Positions 27,634-38,386 of a DNA stretch of 64,000 bases are shown one piece after another. Origin of the DNA: a virus; IMG/VR virus record IMGVR_UViG_3300048837_000975, positions 61,691-125,690 of that record. The stretch is one strand, 5' to 3'. The stretch's first letter is position 1, and every line of letters begins with the position of its first letter. Below the pieces are notes generated by a model. That model was given only the letters and a program-made list of their open reading frames with translations. It ran no database searches and was not told the DNA's origin. Made by a program: the position numbers and the translations under genes.

Positions 27634-28284
27634 ATGGTACAGTTTTTGGATTGGCTTGAGGTAGCCGGGCGCGTTGCTACATCGTTTCAGGTTGCGCCCG
27701 AGGGAACGCCTCAGCGAGTGTGGGCGGAGATTGCTCCGTGGCTCACGCGCTTTAGCAAGAACGCAGCGCAGAAGTGGCTTCCTCGCATTCTCAACAACCA
27801 GACGTGTCAGGTTCCGAGTCTGACCAGCGGCATTCCTTCGCCGTGTACGCGTCACGCCGTATCTACGTGCGATGTCTGCGGTCGGCAGGTTTGCTTGGAG
27901 CACGCTCGAGTAGACCACCGAGCAGAAGCGATCTGCTTTCCGTGTGTTGCGGCGGCGATGAAGGCGGCTCGCGCGCAAGGAACAGGGTTCTACGGCGAGA
28001 ATCAGCCAGCTGACAAGGGCTATGAGGGGGATCCTGGTCAACCTAAGGCTCAGCAGCCTCCTCATCGAGACAAAAAGGAGATTCTTCGGGAAGCGTACAA
28101 GATTCTTGGCGTCAAGCAGTCGTGCACAGATGCTGAGTTGAAGTCTGCTTACAAGAAACTTGCTGCGAAGTGGCATCCAGATCGGCATCCGGATGACAAG
28201 AAGGCGGCCGCCGAGGAGCGGTTCAAGCGTGTCCAGAAGGCGTACGAATACGTCACTGCAGCCAGAGAAAACTCCGAAACTTGA
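27634..28284 (+). CDS. Zn-finger plus C-terminal J-domain (DnaJ-like) protein
   Basis: CxxC..CxxH..CxxC; AYKILGV..LKSAYKKLAAKWHPD..RFKRVQKAYE. Confidence 0.85.
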   Translation: MVQFLDWLEVAGRVATSFQVAPEGTPQRVWAEIAPWLTRFSKNAAQKWLPRILNNQTCQVPSLTSGIPSPCTRHAVSTCDVCGRQVCLEHARVDHRAEAICFPCVAAAMKAARAQGTGFYGENQPADKGYEGDPGQPKAQQPPHRDKKEILREAYKILGVKQSCTDAELKSAYKKLAAKWHPDRHPDDKKAAAEERFKRVQKAYEYVTAARENSET

Positions 28285-28316
28285 TATAAGTCCTCTGATA
28301 GTGCAGACTGTAGAGC

Positions 28317-28637
28317 ATGAGTTACCTAGGCGTAAATCCGGGCTGGTATCAGATGACGGCGCCGGATACCGTTCTATCGGCCGGCAGCAAAGGGTGGAGC
28401 GAAGCTCCCTGGGTTGATTGGGGCGACAATCCCAACACCGCTGGCGGGCCTAGGCTTGCTGTGGGAGCGTTTGGTGAAACGAAGCCAGTGACTGGGCTTC
28501 TGGATCCTTCGCTTGTTGCCGCTGCTCAGCCTGCTCAAGCTAAGTCGAGCGGGCTCCTGGTGACCGGTGGTCTTTTTCTGGCAGCCGCGGCCCTGATCGG
28601 AGCGGCGGTGTATATGGTCAAAAAGGAGTCCGTGTAA
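28317..28637 (+). CDS. Membrane-anchored protein
   Basis: C-terminal TM helix; TTGATA-17-CAGACT just upstream. Confidence 0.6.
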   Translation: MSYLGVNPGWYQMTAPDTVLSAGSKGWSEAPWVDWGDNPNTAGGPRLAVGAFGETKPVTGLLDPSLVAAAQPAQAKSSGLLVTGGLFLAAAALIGAAVYMVKKESV

Positions 28638-29359
28638 TGTTGTACGCGGAAGAAGTTGAAGTTCCGGATCTTGGAGCGGACGCTCCAAAGAAACCTCCGT
28701 TTTGGCAGTCAGGCGGCTTTCAGTGGCAGGGGTTCGTTCGTCCGGAAGCTGCTCCATGGGGCGACTTTCGGCGCGCGTACGCTTCTCCTCGTGAGAGCAC
28801 GTGCCCAAGCTGTGTAGGTACTCCGGTTGGCCTTTCCGGAACGGAAGCTTGCCAGGTGATGCCTCTCGCGGCCTCGTCGCGGACTGGCCGCTGGGCGGAG
28901 ATGACGGCTAAGTTCGGTTGCCCGGTGCGACTGTACCCGTTTTGGTTTTGGCCCAAGTCGCCAGTTACCGGAGCCTTCGGGTACGGATGGTTCAAGTACA
29001 TTCCGTTCATTCACGGTGAGAAAGATATGCGCGCACGGGATGCCTGGTCCAAGGCTCACCCGAGCGACTACATGACTCCTCCTTACATGGAGGACTTCGG
29101 ATCTGACTCGAAGCCGGCCGCTCCAGTTAAGCCCGCGGATCCTGCGATTCAGGCAAGCACGGCGCCTACGGCTACGGTAAACGTGATTCCGCCTCCTCCT
29201 GTTACGTCAAACCTTGCTAAGAAAGCAGAAGAAGAGCTTCTGATCCAAAGCACCATTGATGCTAGCAAGAAGAAGAAGGAGCAGCAGCTAGTTGCGGCTC
29301 TTGCTATCGGAGCGGTCGCGCTGATCTGGTGGACGCGCAAGAATAAGAAGCGCAAGTAA
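28637..29359 (+). CDS. Pro/Trp-rich membrane-anchored protein
   Basis: TAATG coupling; C-terminal TM helix plus KNKKRK. Confidence 0.6.
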   Translation: MLYAEEVEVPDLGADAPKKPPFWQSGGFQWQGFVRPEAAPWGDFRRAYASPRESTCPSCVGTPVGLSGTEACQVMPLAASSRTGRWAEMTAKFGCPVRLYPFWFWPKSPVTGAFGYGWFKYIPFIHGEKDMRARDAWSKAHPSDYMTPPYMEDFGSDSKPAAPVKPADPAIQASTAPTATVNVIPPPPVTSNLAKKAEEELLIQSTIDASKKKKEQQLVAALAIGAVALIWWTRKNKKRK

Positions 29360-29390
29360 ACAGTCCTCCCTCACGGTACGCCCGTGAGCC

Positions 29391-29419
29391 GCCCCGGGTT
29401 AACAGCCCGGGGCTTTTTT
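29391..29419 (+). terminator. Intrinsic terminator ending the virion module
   Basis: GCCCCGGG-TTAACAG-CCCGGGGC-TTTTTT. Confidence 0.85.
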
Positions 29420-29481
29420 ATGCTGTTATTGTAACTCAGAAATGTGTTGACCGGATCCGAACGGTGCGCTAGTCTCTCGGC

Positions 29482-30069
29482 ATGGCTGAAGAAACTAGCA
29501 AGAAGACTGCGTCGCCGACCGTGTTCATGCGCGGCGGCTCAACTACATCAACCTGGGCTCAGCAGAAGGCTGACGACCAGATGCGCGTTGAGACCGCGAA
29601 ACGTCGAGCGGCCGCTGACAAGATGAAGAAGGTTGCGAAGGAGCAACCGCGTAACGCGAAGTTGTTCTCGTATAAGATGGGAACAGCCGACAGCAATGCG
29701 AGCATTGTGCTCTCTGTGCAGGGAAAGGACTCCACCTCTCAGGAGTTTGAGACCTGTGAGCTGAACTTGGTGGATCTTCCTTCTGGCGGAAACGAGATGA
29801 CCCTGACCCTCGTTTGCCCAGTTTGCGCGATCACCAACAACAAAGGACATGCGGCGTCACAAATGACGTTGCACAGCTCATCGCGAGCTTTCACACTCGA
29901 TACTCGTACACCTTCAGAAGGTGGAGTGGCCGGTACGCTGTGGGTCAACCCGAACGATTCCTCTGACGTTGTTCACCTGGCTGGCCAGATCAACATGCAC
30001 GGCCCAGCTAGGTGTCCGGTGTGTTCTTGGCAGTTTATCATCGAAAACAATGTGCTGCGACGGTACTAA
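29482..30069 (+). CDS. Zn-binding hypothetical protein
   Basis: CPVC..H..CPVC; TTGACC-17-TAGTCT promoter ends 7 nt before the ATG. Confidence 0.65.
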   Translation: MAEETSKKTASPTVFMRGGSTTSTWAQQKADDQMRVETAKRRAAADKMKKVAKEQPRNAKLFSYKMGTADSNASIVLSVQGKDSTSQEFETCELNLVDLPSGGNEMTLTLVCPVCAITNNKGHAASQMTLHSSSRAFTLDTRTPSEGGVAGTLWVNPNDSSDVVHLAGQINMHGPARCPVCSWQFIIENNVLRRY

Positions 30070-30072
30070 TAA

Positions 30073-31419
30073 ATGACTACACCCGATCAACTGCATAGCT
30101 TTGCTGGCGCTCCGACTCCAATCGAGGACGGTGAAAACGTTGCAATCTGCGCTCAGGGAGAACCGGCGAAGTACATTACCGGAATCGAGTACCGTGGGCC
30201 TCACGAGACCGTTGCCGACGGAACGAACCGTGCCGTCAGACTTAACGCTCGAGCCTTAGCTTCTGCTGGACTTCCTTTACTTCTTACTTCCTTCGCCCAT
30301 ATCGTTGTCGACGAGAGCGGAATCTGTCACCGGGTATTCGATGTAGGTCTTCCGGAGGACGTTGAGAACGAGGTTGGACCGCTTCGGCGCACCAGCATCG
30401 GAACCGTTTCTGCGCGAATTCTTCACATGGTGGTGACGAGCGCAGATCATCTTCGTCGCAGCGTTCTGCCTCGAAGCTATGCTCTCATGGAGCTGGACGA
30501 GGTTGAACAGCTTCTGGCGACGACTGTTGTGTATTCCGTATGGGAACGTGATCGAATCGACCGAGAGATCGTGGAGATCATGAACCGTTGCGGGCAGCAG
30601 TGGGTTCCGTGTGAGCAGAACAAGCAGATGCTTGTCGACAGCGGGGTGATCGAGTCCAAGGTGAAGGTTGTTCCTCACCCGTTCGATCCTGAAAGCAAGA
30701 TCGCGAAGCTCACCAAGCGACCCGTCGGCTACAAGCCTCCAGGTGGCGCCACGAAGCGCTTTTACAGCATTGGGCACTGGCAGCCGCGAAAGGGCTACCA
30801 CGAGCTTATCGGGGCGTTTCTCCAGGCGTACGGGCCAAACGATGACGCTACGCTGACGCTCAAGATCAATGGGCACTCCTGGCCGGACTATCCGAATCCT
30901 GAGGAGTCCGTGTCTCAGTGGCTTCAGGACTCTGCGGTAAAGCGCAACGGGTGGGACTCTGCGTCGCTTGATAAGCGAGTCACGCTGATCCGAAAGCGAA
31001 TCTCAGAAGATCAGATCGTGAAGCTGCACTTTGAGAATAACATCTATGTTTCTGCCTCTCGAGGCGAAGCGTGGAATCTCGGAGCTTGGGATGCCAAGAT
31101 CGCCGGAAACGTAATGGTCCATGTACCTTACGGCGGAACGGCTGATTTTGAGGACATGTCTCGAGATCTGATTGTCCCGTATCACATGTCTCCTGTGCAC
31201 TCGAGCTATCGCTGGGAACCTGGCGCTCAGTGGGCGGATTTCGACCAGCAAGACTTGGTTGAGGCTTTGCGCGATGCACAGCCGGCACCGTTCGTGCGAA
31301 CCGACAAGTTCAACCGATTCACCATTGAGTCTGTTGGAAAAGAGATGAGAGCAAACTTGCTTAACATGCTTGAACTTACATTTCCGCAAGCTTGGGAGTA
31401 TCTGAATGCGCAACGTTGA
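30073..31419 (+). CDS. Glycosyltransferase (GT-B, GT4-like)
   Basis: RKGYHELI and YVSASRGEAWNL motifs. Confidence 0.8.
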   Translation: MTTPDQLHSFAGAPTPIEDGENVAICAQGEPAKYITGIEYRGPHETVADGTNRAVRLNARALASAGLPLLLTSFAHIVVDESGICHRVFDVGLPEDVENEVGPLRRTSIGTVSARILHMVVTSADHLRRSVLPRSYALMELDEVEQLLATTVVYSVWERDRIDREIVEIMNRCGQQWVPCEQNKQMLVDSGVIESKVKVVPHPFDPESKIAKLTKRPVGYKPPGGATKRFYSIGHWQPRKGYHELIGAFLQAYGPNDDATLTLKINGHSWPDYPNPEESVSQWLQDSAVKRNGWDSASLDKRVTLIRKRISEDQIVKLHFENNIYVSASRGEAWNLGAWDAKIAGNVMVHVPYGGTADFEDMSRDLIVPYHMSPVHSSYRWEPGAQWADFDQQDLVEALRDAQPAPFVRTDKFNRFTIESVGKEMRANLLNMLELTFPQAWEYLNAQR

Positions 31420-31870
31420 TTGGGTTCTTAGCGAAGATGAGGCACAGGATCTGAACGAGGACGAGGACCAAGATCCAAGTCGTCTCACAGAGACCATGGC
31501 TGCGCTAGAAGGAGAGTCCTTCGGCGTGGCGTTCGCGGATGAGCAGTCACACTCATCCGGAGACCGAGGTGTAGAGATCGGTTGTGCTCTGATGTGGAAC
31601 TGGAAGCTTGCGACCGGAATTCTGTTCGTCCAGGTCACAATTTCCGCTCCTGACACCGATACTACGGATGTGATCTGGAAGACCTTCTGTGCCTCTCTGC
31701 CTGACGATCAGGTCGTCTCCGTGTGCGAGTCGAACCACTTTGACATGTTCTTTGTTGCGGGAAACCTGAAGACTCGCCGATCTGCGGTTCGGTGGGCGGC
31801 CCACATGGCTCACGACGTAAACAAGGCTGCAGAGGAATCTCTTTCCATGATTCCGCGGGGGACGGCATGA
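31406..31870 (+). CDS. Hypothetical acidic protein
   Basis: 154-aa ORF overlapping its neighbours. Confidence 0.55.
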   Translation: MRNVDWVLSEDEAQDLNEDEDQDPSRLTETMAALEGESFGVAFADEQSHSSGDRGVEIGCALMWNWKLATGILFVQVTISAPDTDTTDVIWKTFCASLPDDQVVSVCESNHFDMFFVAGNLKTRRSAVRWAAHMAHDVNKAAEESLSMIPRGTA

Positions 31871-32208
31871 CCAAGCAGGAGGAATTGGCTGATCACATTC
31901 AGAACATCTTCCCTGTTCTGAAGAAGTTGGTGATGGCTACTCCGGAGATTCCTGTAAAGGAAGCTCTTGCTGTGGCGATTCAGAACAAGGGCGAATACTC
32001 GATCTTGTACCACGACTTCTATGAGATCATGAGTGAGTTCGAGGTTCTGAATGAGCAGCACCCGAGCAAGGAACTTGAGCTCATGATCGATGCTTGTGAT
32101 CAGATCAAGAGCAAGACTGATGCCACGCTGCTACGAATCATTGTCGTAGCGGAAAGTGGATCATCGTACTGTGGAAGAGTCCAAATCTGGAACAACCCAG
32201 TCTGCTGA
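31867..32208 (+). CDS. Hypothetical protein
   Basis: ATGA overlap. Confidence 0.55.
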   Translation: MTKQEELADHIQNIFPVLKKLVMATPEIPVKEALAVAIQNKGEYSILYHDFYEIMSEFEVLNEQHPSKELELMIDACDQIKSKTDATLLRIIVVAESGSSYCGRVQIWNNPVC

Positions 32209-32228
32209 TCGTGTGACGGGGGATTCAA

Positions 32229-33299
32229 ATGGCAAGAGTTTACGGAGTTACGGGAACTTACACGAGCCACGCAGCTGTAACGCGTGGAATGGTCGCGGGG
32301 CTGAAGGCTAACGACTGCTTCTCTGGGTTGTATTCCTTGAATGAGGAATGGGATCCCGATGTTGATGAGCCGCGCACCGGCTTTGATGCGTCAGTGGCAG
32401 TCTTCACTGGCAGCTTGGATCAGACGGCAAAGATGAAGCAGTGGGGCAAGCACGAGCACCGTCTTGCGATGGTTGCTCCGAATAGCTCCGCTCTTCCGAA
32501 GCGCCTCATGGTCTCCCTCGAGCACACATGCACAGGACTGCTGGCTCCGAGCGGCTGGGCAGCGTCTGTGATTCGAGCTCACACCTCGCTTCCTGTGCTT
32601 ACCGTACCTCACGGCCTTGATGAGGAGTTTGCTCCCGATCCGGAGGCCAACCTGCGGGATGCGTTTACGGCTCTGCATTTCTCAACGTCAGACAGGTCCA
32701 GGAAGGGAACCGATCAGCTTGTTCAGGCGTGGTCGTACCTGAAGGATGCTGGAAAGCTTCCTGAGAGCGCGAACCTGAAGTTGATTCTCAACGATCATGT
32801 TCTGTGCGCCAACGAGAAGAAGTACAACGGGTGCAAGCGCTGGGGAATCGACCTGGTTGAGCGCCCTGGCGGTGGAAACGGTTTCTCGCCGGAGCAGATG
32901 GCTTTCGTTCTGCAGCACTCCCACCTTGTGATTCAACCTTCTCGCGGCGAGGGCTTCGGAATGGTGCCGTTGCAGGCGCTGGCTTGCGGAACCCCGATCG
33001 TGGCAACGGATTGCACCGGGCAGGGCGAATACCTTGTTATGCGATCTCTGCAAGACGGTTTTGTGAAGGTAGAAACCGGCAAGAACGAGCCGATTGACGA
33101 TCTTCCCGACGAGGGATCTCTGGCTCCCTCTCTGTCGTGGGAAAGCGTTGCGGAGTCGATTGCTCTGGCTTATGATGTGTGGCCGCTGCTGAAGCAGGCT
33201 GCGATGGAGCGGGCTGTGGACGTTTGCCAGGAATGGTCCTGGAAGCGACAAACCCGTGAGTTTGCTGAACGAATCAAGAACGGATTTTCTTATGAGTAA
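32229..33299 (+). CDS. Glycosyltransferase (GT4-like)
   Basis: RKGTDQL and PSRGEGFGMVPLQALACGTPIVAT motifs. Confidence 0.85.
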   Translation: MARVYGVTGTYTSHAAVTRGMVAGLKANDCFSGLYSLNEEWDPDVDEPRTGFDASVAVFTGSLDQTAKMKQWGKHEHRLAMVAPNSSALPKRLMVSLEHTCTGLLAPSGWAASVIRAHTSLPVLTVPHGLDEEFAPDPEANLRDAFTALHFSTSDRSRKGTDQLVQAWSYLKDAGKLPESANLKLILNDHVLCANEKKYNGCKRWGIDLVERPGGGNGFSPEQMAFVLQHSHLVIQPSRGEGFGMVPLQALACGTPIVATDCTGQGEYLVMRSLQDGFVKVETGKNEPIDDLPDEGSLAPSLSWESVAESIALAYDVWPLLKQAAMERAVDVCQEWSWKRQTREFAERIKNGFSYE

Positions 33300-35480
33300 T
33301 GCGATGACACCCGAGCTGAATGCCGAAGTGAAGCCCTCTCCAGCTGTGGAGCGATTGGCCGAGTTCTTTATGGTTCCGGTCGTTGTGCAGCTGAAGCACG
33401 CGATCTATCAGGCCGCTCCTGTTCTCGAAAAGGGATATGTTCCCACGAGCTCCGGACAAGCGCTGTGCTATCCGGGAATCGACACGACCGACGATGGTAA
33501 TTATATCGCGTCTGATGTGATCGCTCCGGCGATCCTGAAGCCCGAGCATACCGGAACCTGCGTTCGCATTCTTCAGGAGTACAAGAAAGCCGGCGTCACT
33601 GTAGCTGTCACGGAGACCGTTGTTGCGGCCGAGGACATTGCTGCGGTCACTCTGATTTGGTCCAACGGAAAGCAGCCGGCTCCTCAGAAGCCGAGCATCA
33701 TCCTCACGAAGTAACATGACAATTCTACAAGCTTCCGCCGTCGGGCTTCTCTTCTCAGCGTGGATCGTTAAGTTCATGGCTCTCGTGCTGCTCCTGTCCG
33801 GAGAGCGCGTTGGAGCATGGTTTGCGCTGTGTGCCGCAATCGTTATGGTAGTAGCGTGCGTGTCTATTTGCATATACGATCTTAAGATCAATGCGACTTC
33901 CCAAGACTGACGAAACCAGAGCAAGGATCCAGCTCTTTGTTCGACTGAACCCTGGTTGCATTATCGCTGATGTGATTCAGGATCTTCGCGACGCGGATCT
34001 CTTCTTCTGGAAGAACGCCAAGCAGGCGAGACTCAGTATCCGTCACATGATCAAGAAGAAGCTGATTGACGTGGTTGGCGTTAACCGCAGGCATCTGCTA
34101 CTGTTTCCTGGCGACAAGCGATCTTCACTTCGCAAGGTGGAGCGGCAGTTGCTTGCGGTGGTGAAAGAAACGCCTGGAATACCGATCAAGACTGCTGTAA
34201 GCAAGATCGAGTGGAAAGGAACTTGGCGCAGTTACGAGAGCGCTATCTGCTCCGTTGACTATCTTGTTCGCAACGGAAGTATTCCGGTGTACTCGAAGAT
34301 TGCAGGAACTAAGCGCGGGCCGCGCATTGAGCTGTATGCGGAGTGACTATGTTTCCTGATCTGTTGGAAGGTGTTCTGGAGGAGTTTGCTGCTGTTCAGC
34401 GACCAGGTGGCGAGTTTCTGCGACCTGACGCGTGGTCCGGATACGGAATGGTCATAGTTCCATATCATGTGTGCCACGCCTGCAAGAAACCATGTGAGTC
34501 GTCATACTGTTCTGACAAATGCAGAAACAGGAGCATTGAAGCATCAAAGAGGTATTACCAGAGCCTCACCAGCGAACAGAAAGCCAAGAAGAACGAAGCT
34601 GGAAGAGCCAAAAAGCGTCAGCGCGATGCGAAGTACAGGGAGGCGCGCAGGCTCAAGAATGGAACGAAGCGGATAGCCAAGAAGGGCTCCTCGCGAGCTG
34701 ACAAAAGGACGGAGTATAACAAGAGGTACTACGAAAATAACAGAGAGCGAATCAGAGAATTGAAGAGAGCAAGTGAAGCCAGGGCGAAGGCGGCCGATCC
34801 GGAAGGATGGGCAACCAAGAAGCGAGCCAGGGTCAAAAAGTCTCAAAACAATAAGAAAGCCAAGAATGCCGCGTTACGAGTCGATTCGGAAGTGGCTGGT
34901 AGCACGCCTAGCAACAACAGGACTGGTAAAGCCAAATGACATGTCGGACGCCGAGTTTGCGAAGGTTCTCGGCGTTGACGTTTCGGTGTGGCTCGAGGCG
35001 AAGGCGATCATTCCGAAGCGTCACGGAAGAGCTAAGCGCATCTCTGGCACCAGCACGAAGAAGCTTGGTATAGAGATGCCAAAAACAGTTCACGCGGCTT
35101 TGACCGGGTACGCAAAGAACCAGGACCTTGAAGCTTCGGTTCTCGTCCGATCCTGCGCTGACTGGGTTCTGAGGCAGCACGATCTACCAACCTCGCAGAA
35201 CTACGGCCCCGGTGAGGGCTGGACACTGTTCGGAAAGACCTACCACTTCAACTCAAGAGCAAGGAAGACCGAGCGCTTTCGAGTCCAGTGCCTTTTATCG
35301 ATCGGTGCTCATGATGCTCTTGCGGTTCGCGCAGCATCTGCTACAACTAGTGTTCACGGTCTTGTCCGTGGGGCGATCATTGACCTGATGGAAGGAAGAA
35401 TCACAACACTTCCGATCATAGCGCAGGCGTCCTACATGCCCGACGATCTTACAATGTATACGAAACTTTGGAGCAAGTAA
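33292..35480 (+). other. Run of five hypothetical CDSs (33292-33714, 33716-33910, 33891-34346, 34343-34939, 34866-35480); several are basic and may bind DNA
   Basis: Overlapping start/stop coupling; 34343 has CxxC..CxxxC and a basic helix. Confidence 0.55.
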
Positions 35481-36313
35481 TGGCTAACGTCATCAGTATT
35501 CTCAAGAACCAGGAGCGAGACCAGATCGAAAACTGGTGTCGAGGCAAGGCGCAGACCGTTTCCCGTGGAGACGGTACGGCACTGTGCAGGGTTCTCGGCG
35601 ACTACCTTGTTCTAGTGGATGCCCGAGATCTTAGCGTTGCTCCTCACTTGATGATGAGCGGCTTCTGGGAGATCTGGATCACCATGTTTATGGCGCGCAC
35701 CATAAAGCCAGGGTGGCGCTGCATCGACGTTGGTGCGAACCTGGGATATTTCAGTGTTGTGATGTCTGCCCTTAGTGAGCGGCCTGTGCAGGCTTGGGAG
35801 CCGCAGAGGAGCCTTGCTGGTCTGATTCGAGGCACTTCGATTCTGAACGGAATGAACATCGAAGTTCAGCAGTGCGCGGCCAGCGACTCCGGTGGTCATA
35901 TTCGACTCACTACGCATCCAGTCGAAGGAGCCGGCGTCCTGTGCGGGTCAGGCAACGTGTCCAGTCAGGTGACAGATCCGTTCGACGACAGTATTTGCGT
36001 TGTCGAAACGAAAACAATCGACTCAACAAGCTTCGCTCAGTCACCAGTGAACTTCATCAAGATTGATGCAGAAGGACACGAGCCTCAGGTCTGGGGCGGG
36101 ATGAGCAATCTGCGAAAGATCAGCCCTGATCTAAGGGTCCTTCTCGAGTGGAGCCCCAAAGCATACTCTGACAAGGAGAAGTTTATGAGTGATATTGTGT
36201 CGGAAGGGTGGAAGCTTCACACGATCGACTCGCGAGGCGCCGCTAAGCCGGTTTTGCGCGAGACGCTTCTTGCGATGGACGATGGCTTTGAGATGGTTCT
36301 GTTGACGCGGTGA
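35480..36313 (+). CDS. FkbM-family SAM methyltransferase
   Basis: IDVGANLGYF, AWEP and FIKIDAEGHE motifs. Confidence 0.85.
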   Translation: MANVISILKNQERDQIENWCRGKAQTVSRGDGTALCRVLGDYLVLVDARDLSVAPHLMMSGFWEIWITMFMARTIKPGWRCIDVGANLGYFSVVMSALSERPVQAWEPQRSLAGLIRGTSILNGMNIEVQQCAASDSGGHIRLTTHPVEGAGVLCGSGNVSSQVTDPFDDSICVVETKTIDSTSFAQSPVNFIKIDAEGHEPQVWGGMSNLRKISPDLRVLLEWSPKAYSDKEKFMSDIVSEGWKLHTIDSRGAAKPVLRETLLAMDDGFEMVLLTR

Positions 36314-37663
36314 TTACAATGAGCGAAGAACTTATGAAACTGGAGTGCGAAGCTGTCGTATCTGCGGCGAAGGTCGCCTTGGACATGTACTTGTGCGGGG
36401 CTAGTGACGAGGCGTTGCGAGCGCTTGACAGGGCGCGCTCTGCGGCGGAGAATCTACGGAAGTATCCAAGTCACAAGCGCGCGGTGCGGAAGTCTCTAGA
36501 GGCATTCGATCGCGTGACTGACGCAGTATTCGAGAGGCAGGATCCTTCTGCCAGCAACTACAATGAGTACCTCGAAGAGACACCGGAAGAACAGGCCCAG
36601 CGTAGACTTGGCGCTGCGCGACGAGCCGTCCAAAGGGCAGGAGCATAGTACATCGTACTGGTTTGCGAACAAGAAGCTTCGTGAGCTAGTGCGAGACTGT
36701 GTTGCGATTGCCATAATGGGGCAGCCAGATCAGTCTACCATGGTGGTTACTGTCCCTGAGACACCTAAGCTCACTAGCGAGACGTACGAAGTCAGAGTGT
36801 CTCGTGAGAACGGAAGGACCTTCGTTGGAGTAGGTCTTGTTCAGGGAACAAATATCGCACAATGGAGCGCTGTTTCGTATCTGATCGAGAGCATGATTCC
36901 CGGTTGCGAGTTTCGTCCTGATATATGGTACTTTGGACAAGGAAAACGACGCATTGTGATGAGCCGAGAAGCTCTAAAGTCTGCCGGGTGGACGAATTAT
37001 GTAAACACGGACTTCTCTGGTGTGAGCATGGTAGGTGAGGTGTTCCGTGGGCCAAACAGGATACCGGATGGGTATTACTGTCTGTTCTCTGGCGCCAACG
37101 ACGATTATGTGATCACGATTCACGACCTGAAGCTCGTTATTCAAACACACCACAAGACGCTTGAGAATTGGTACAGAGATGGACTGGTCCTTCCTATCTG
37201 ATCCGGCTTTCGCGTGGTGGGCAGACAGGCTCGCTGTCGTCTACTTTATGTGCGTGTTTAGCTTCTGGTTCTCCTTCGGATCAAAGGACGCATGATTCTG
37301 TATCTGGTGCCACTTAGGCGGCTTGGTAGCGGAGATCTTCTGTCGTTCCACAACGTTGGAAGACGCAGGAGAGTCTACGGAGTTGAGCGAGTGTTCGTCT
37401 CCGAGATAAAGCAAAAGGTATTCGTAAGGGCTTACCTGTTCAAGTTCCTTCGACTCAACGAGGCAGACGGCCTGACTCCGCGTGACGCGTGGAAGCGCAG
37501 TCACCGAAATATGTCGTTCTCCTTCAGCAGCGGTTCACTGAGAGCATCCGATAGCGTAAACGAGTATGACGTATTTGTTTCCAGGAAGGAAGCAAACCAG
37601 CATATGACGAGCCTGGACGCAATGGCTTCACTTAGCTACGACCCGCACGAGACACCTTTCTAG
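36310..37663 (+). other. Three hypothetical CDSs (36310-36648, ~36563-37201, 37292-37663)
   Basis: From the ORF track; the start of the second is uncertain. Confidence 0.5.
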
Positions 37664-37699
37664 CTTGCACGAGGTTGACTTCTCGTGTAACGATTTCGT

Positions 37700-38386
37700 G
37701 TGGCCGACAAGATCATCGTTGCTGCTGGCGGTTCTGGAAAGCGTTGGGTTGAGTCGATCGGGTGCGCACACCTGCCGGCTGACAAGTGCAGGATTCGCAT
37801 AAACGGCGAATCTCTGATGGATCGGTCGGCTGAGATGCTTAGAGCACTACTTCCGGAAGCTTCCGTAACCGTAGTTACTCACGAGACCGGATACGGTTTA
37901 CCATACGAAACTGTCGCTCCTGTTCCAGAGACCGGACTGGACATCGACAAGTTCCTTTCATATAGCAACGTATGGTCACAGAACGGTAGAACCGTTATCG
38001 TTTTCGGTGATGTATTTCTGACCGAAGCCTCGGCAGCTGCTCTGGCTGACGCTAGGAGCGGCCTTCGTTGGGTTGGTAGGCAAGCCGCCAGCAGCTGCAC
38101 CGGAAAGCGCTACGGGGAGATTTTTGGACTCAGCTTCGGTTGCCAGGACATTCCAGCGTTCCGAGCTGGGTGTTATGAGGTGGTCCGGCAGTTTAAGACG
38201 GGGCGACGGGTACGCACCATCGGATGGGATGTGTTCGAGGTGATGAGCGGAAAGCGGGCCGGCGAGCCGCACGATTCCTTTGTTAGCATAGATGACTGGA
38301 CGGAAGATTTTGACACGCTGCTTGACTACGAAAGATGGGTTGCAAACGCCAACAAGCGTGGTATGCTCCGTCGGTGGTCAAAATAG
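37700..38386 (+). CDS. Nucleotidyltransferase-like (sugar-phosphate NTP transferase fold) protein
   Basis: IIVAAGGSGKRW..K..I.INGE; VIVFGDV; EDFD. Confidence 0.7.
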   Translation: MADKIIVAAGGSGKRWVESIGCAHLPADKCRIRINGESLMDRSAEMLRALLPEASVTVVTHETGYGLPYETVAPVPETGLDIDKFLSYSNVWSQNGRTVIVFGDVFLTEASAAALADARSGLRWVGRQAASSCTGKRYGEIFGLSFGCQDIPAFRAGCYEVVRQFKTGRRVRTIGWDVFEVMSGKRAGEPHDSFVSIDDWTEDFDTLLDYERWVANANKRGMLRRWSK

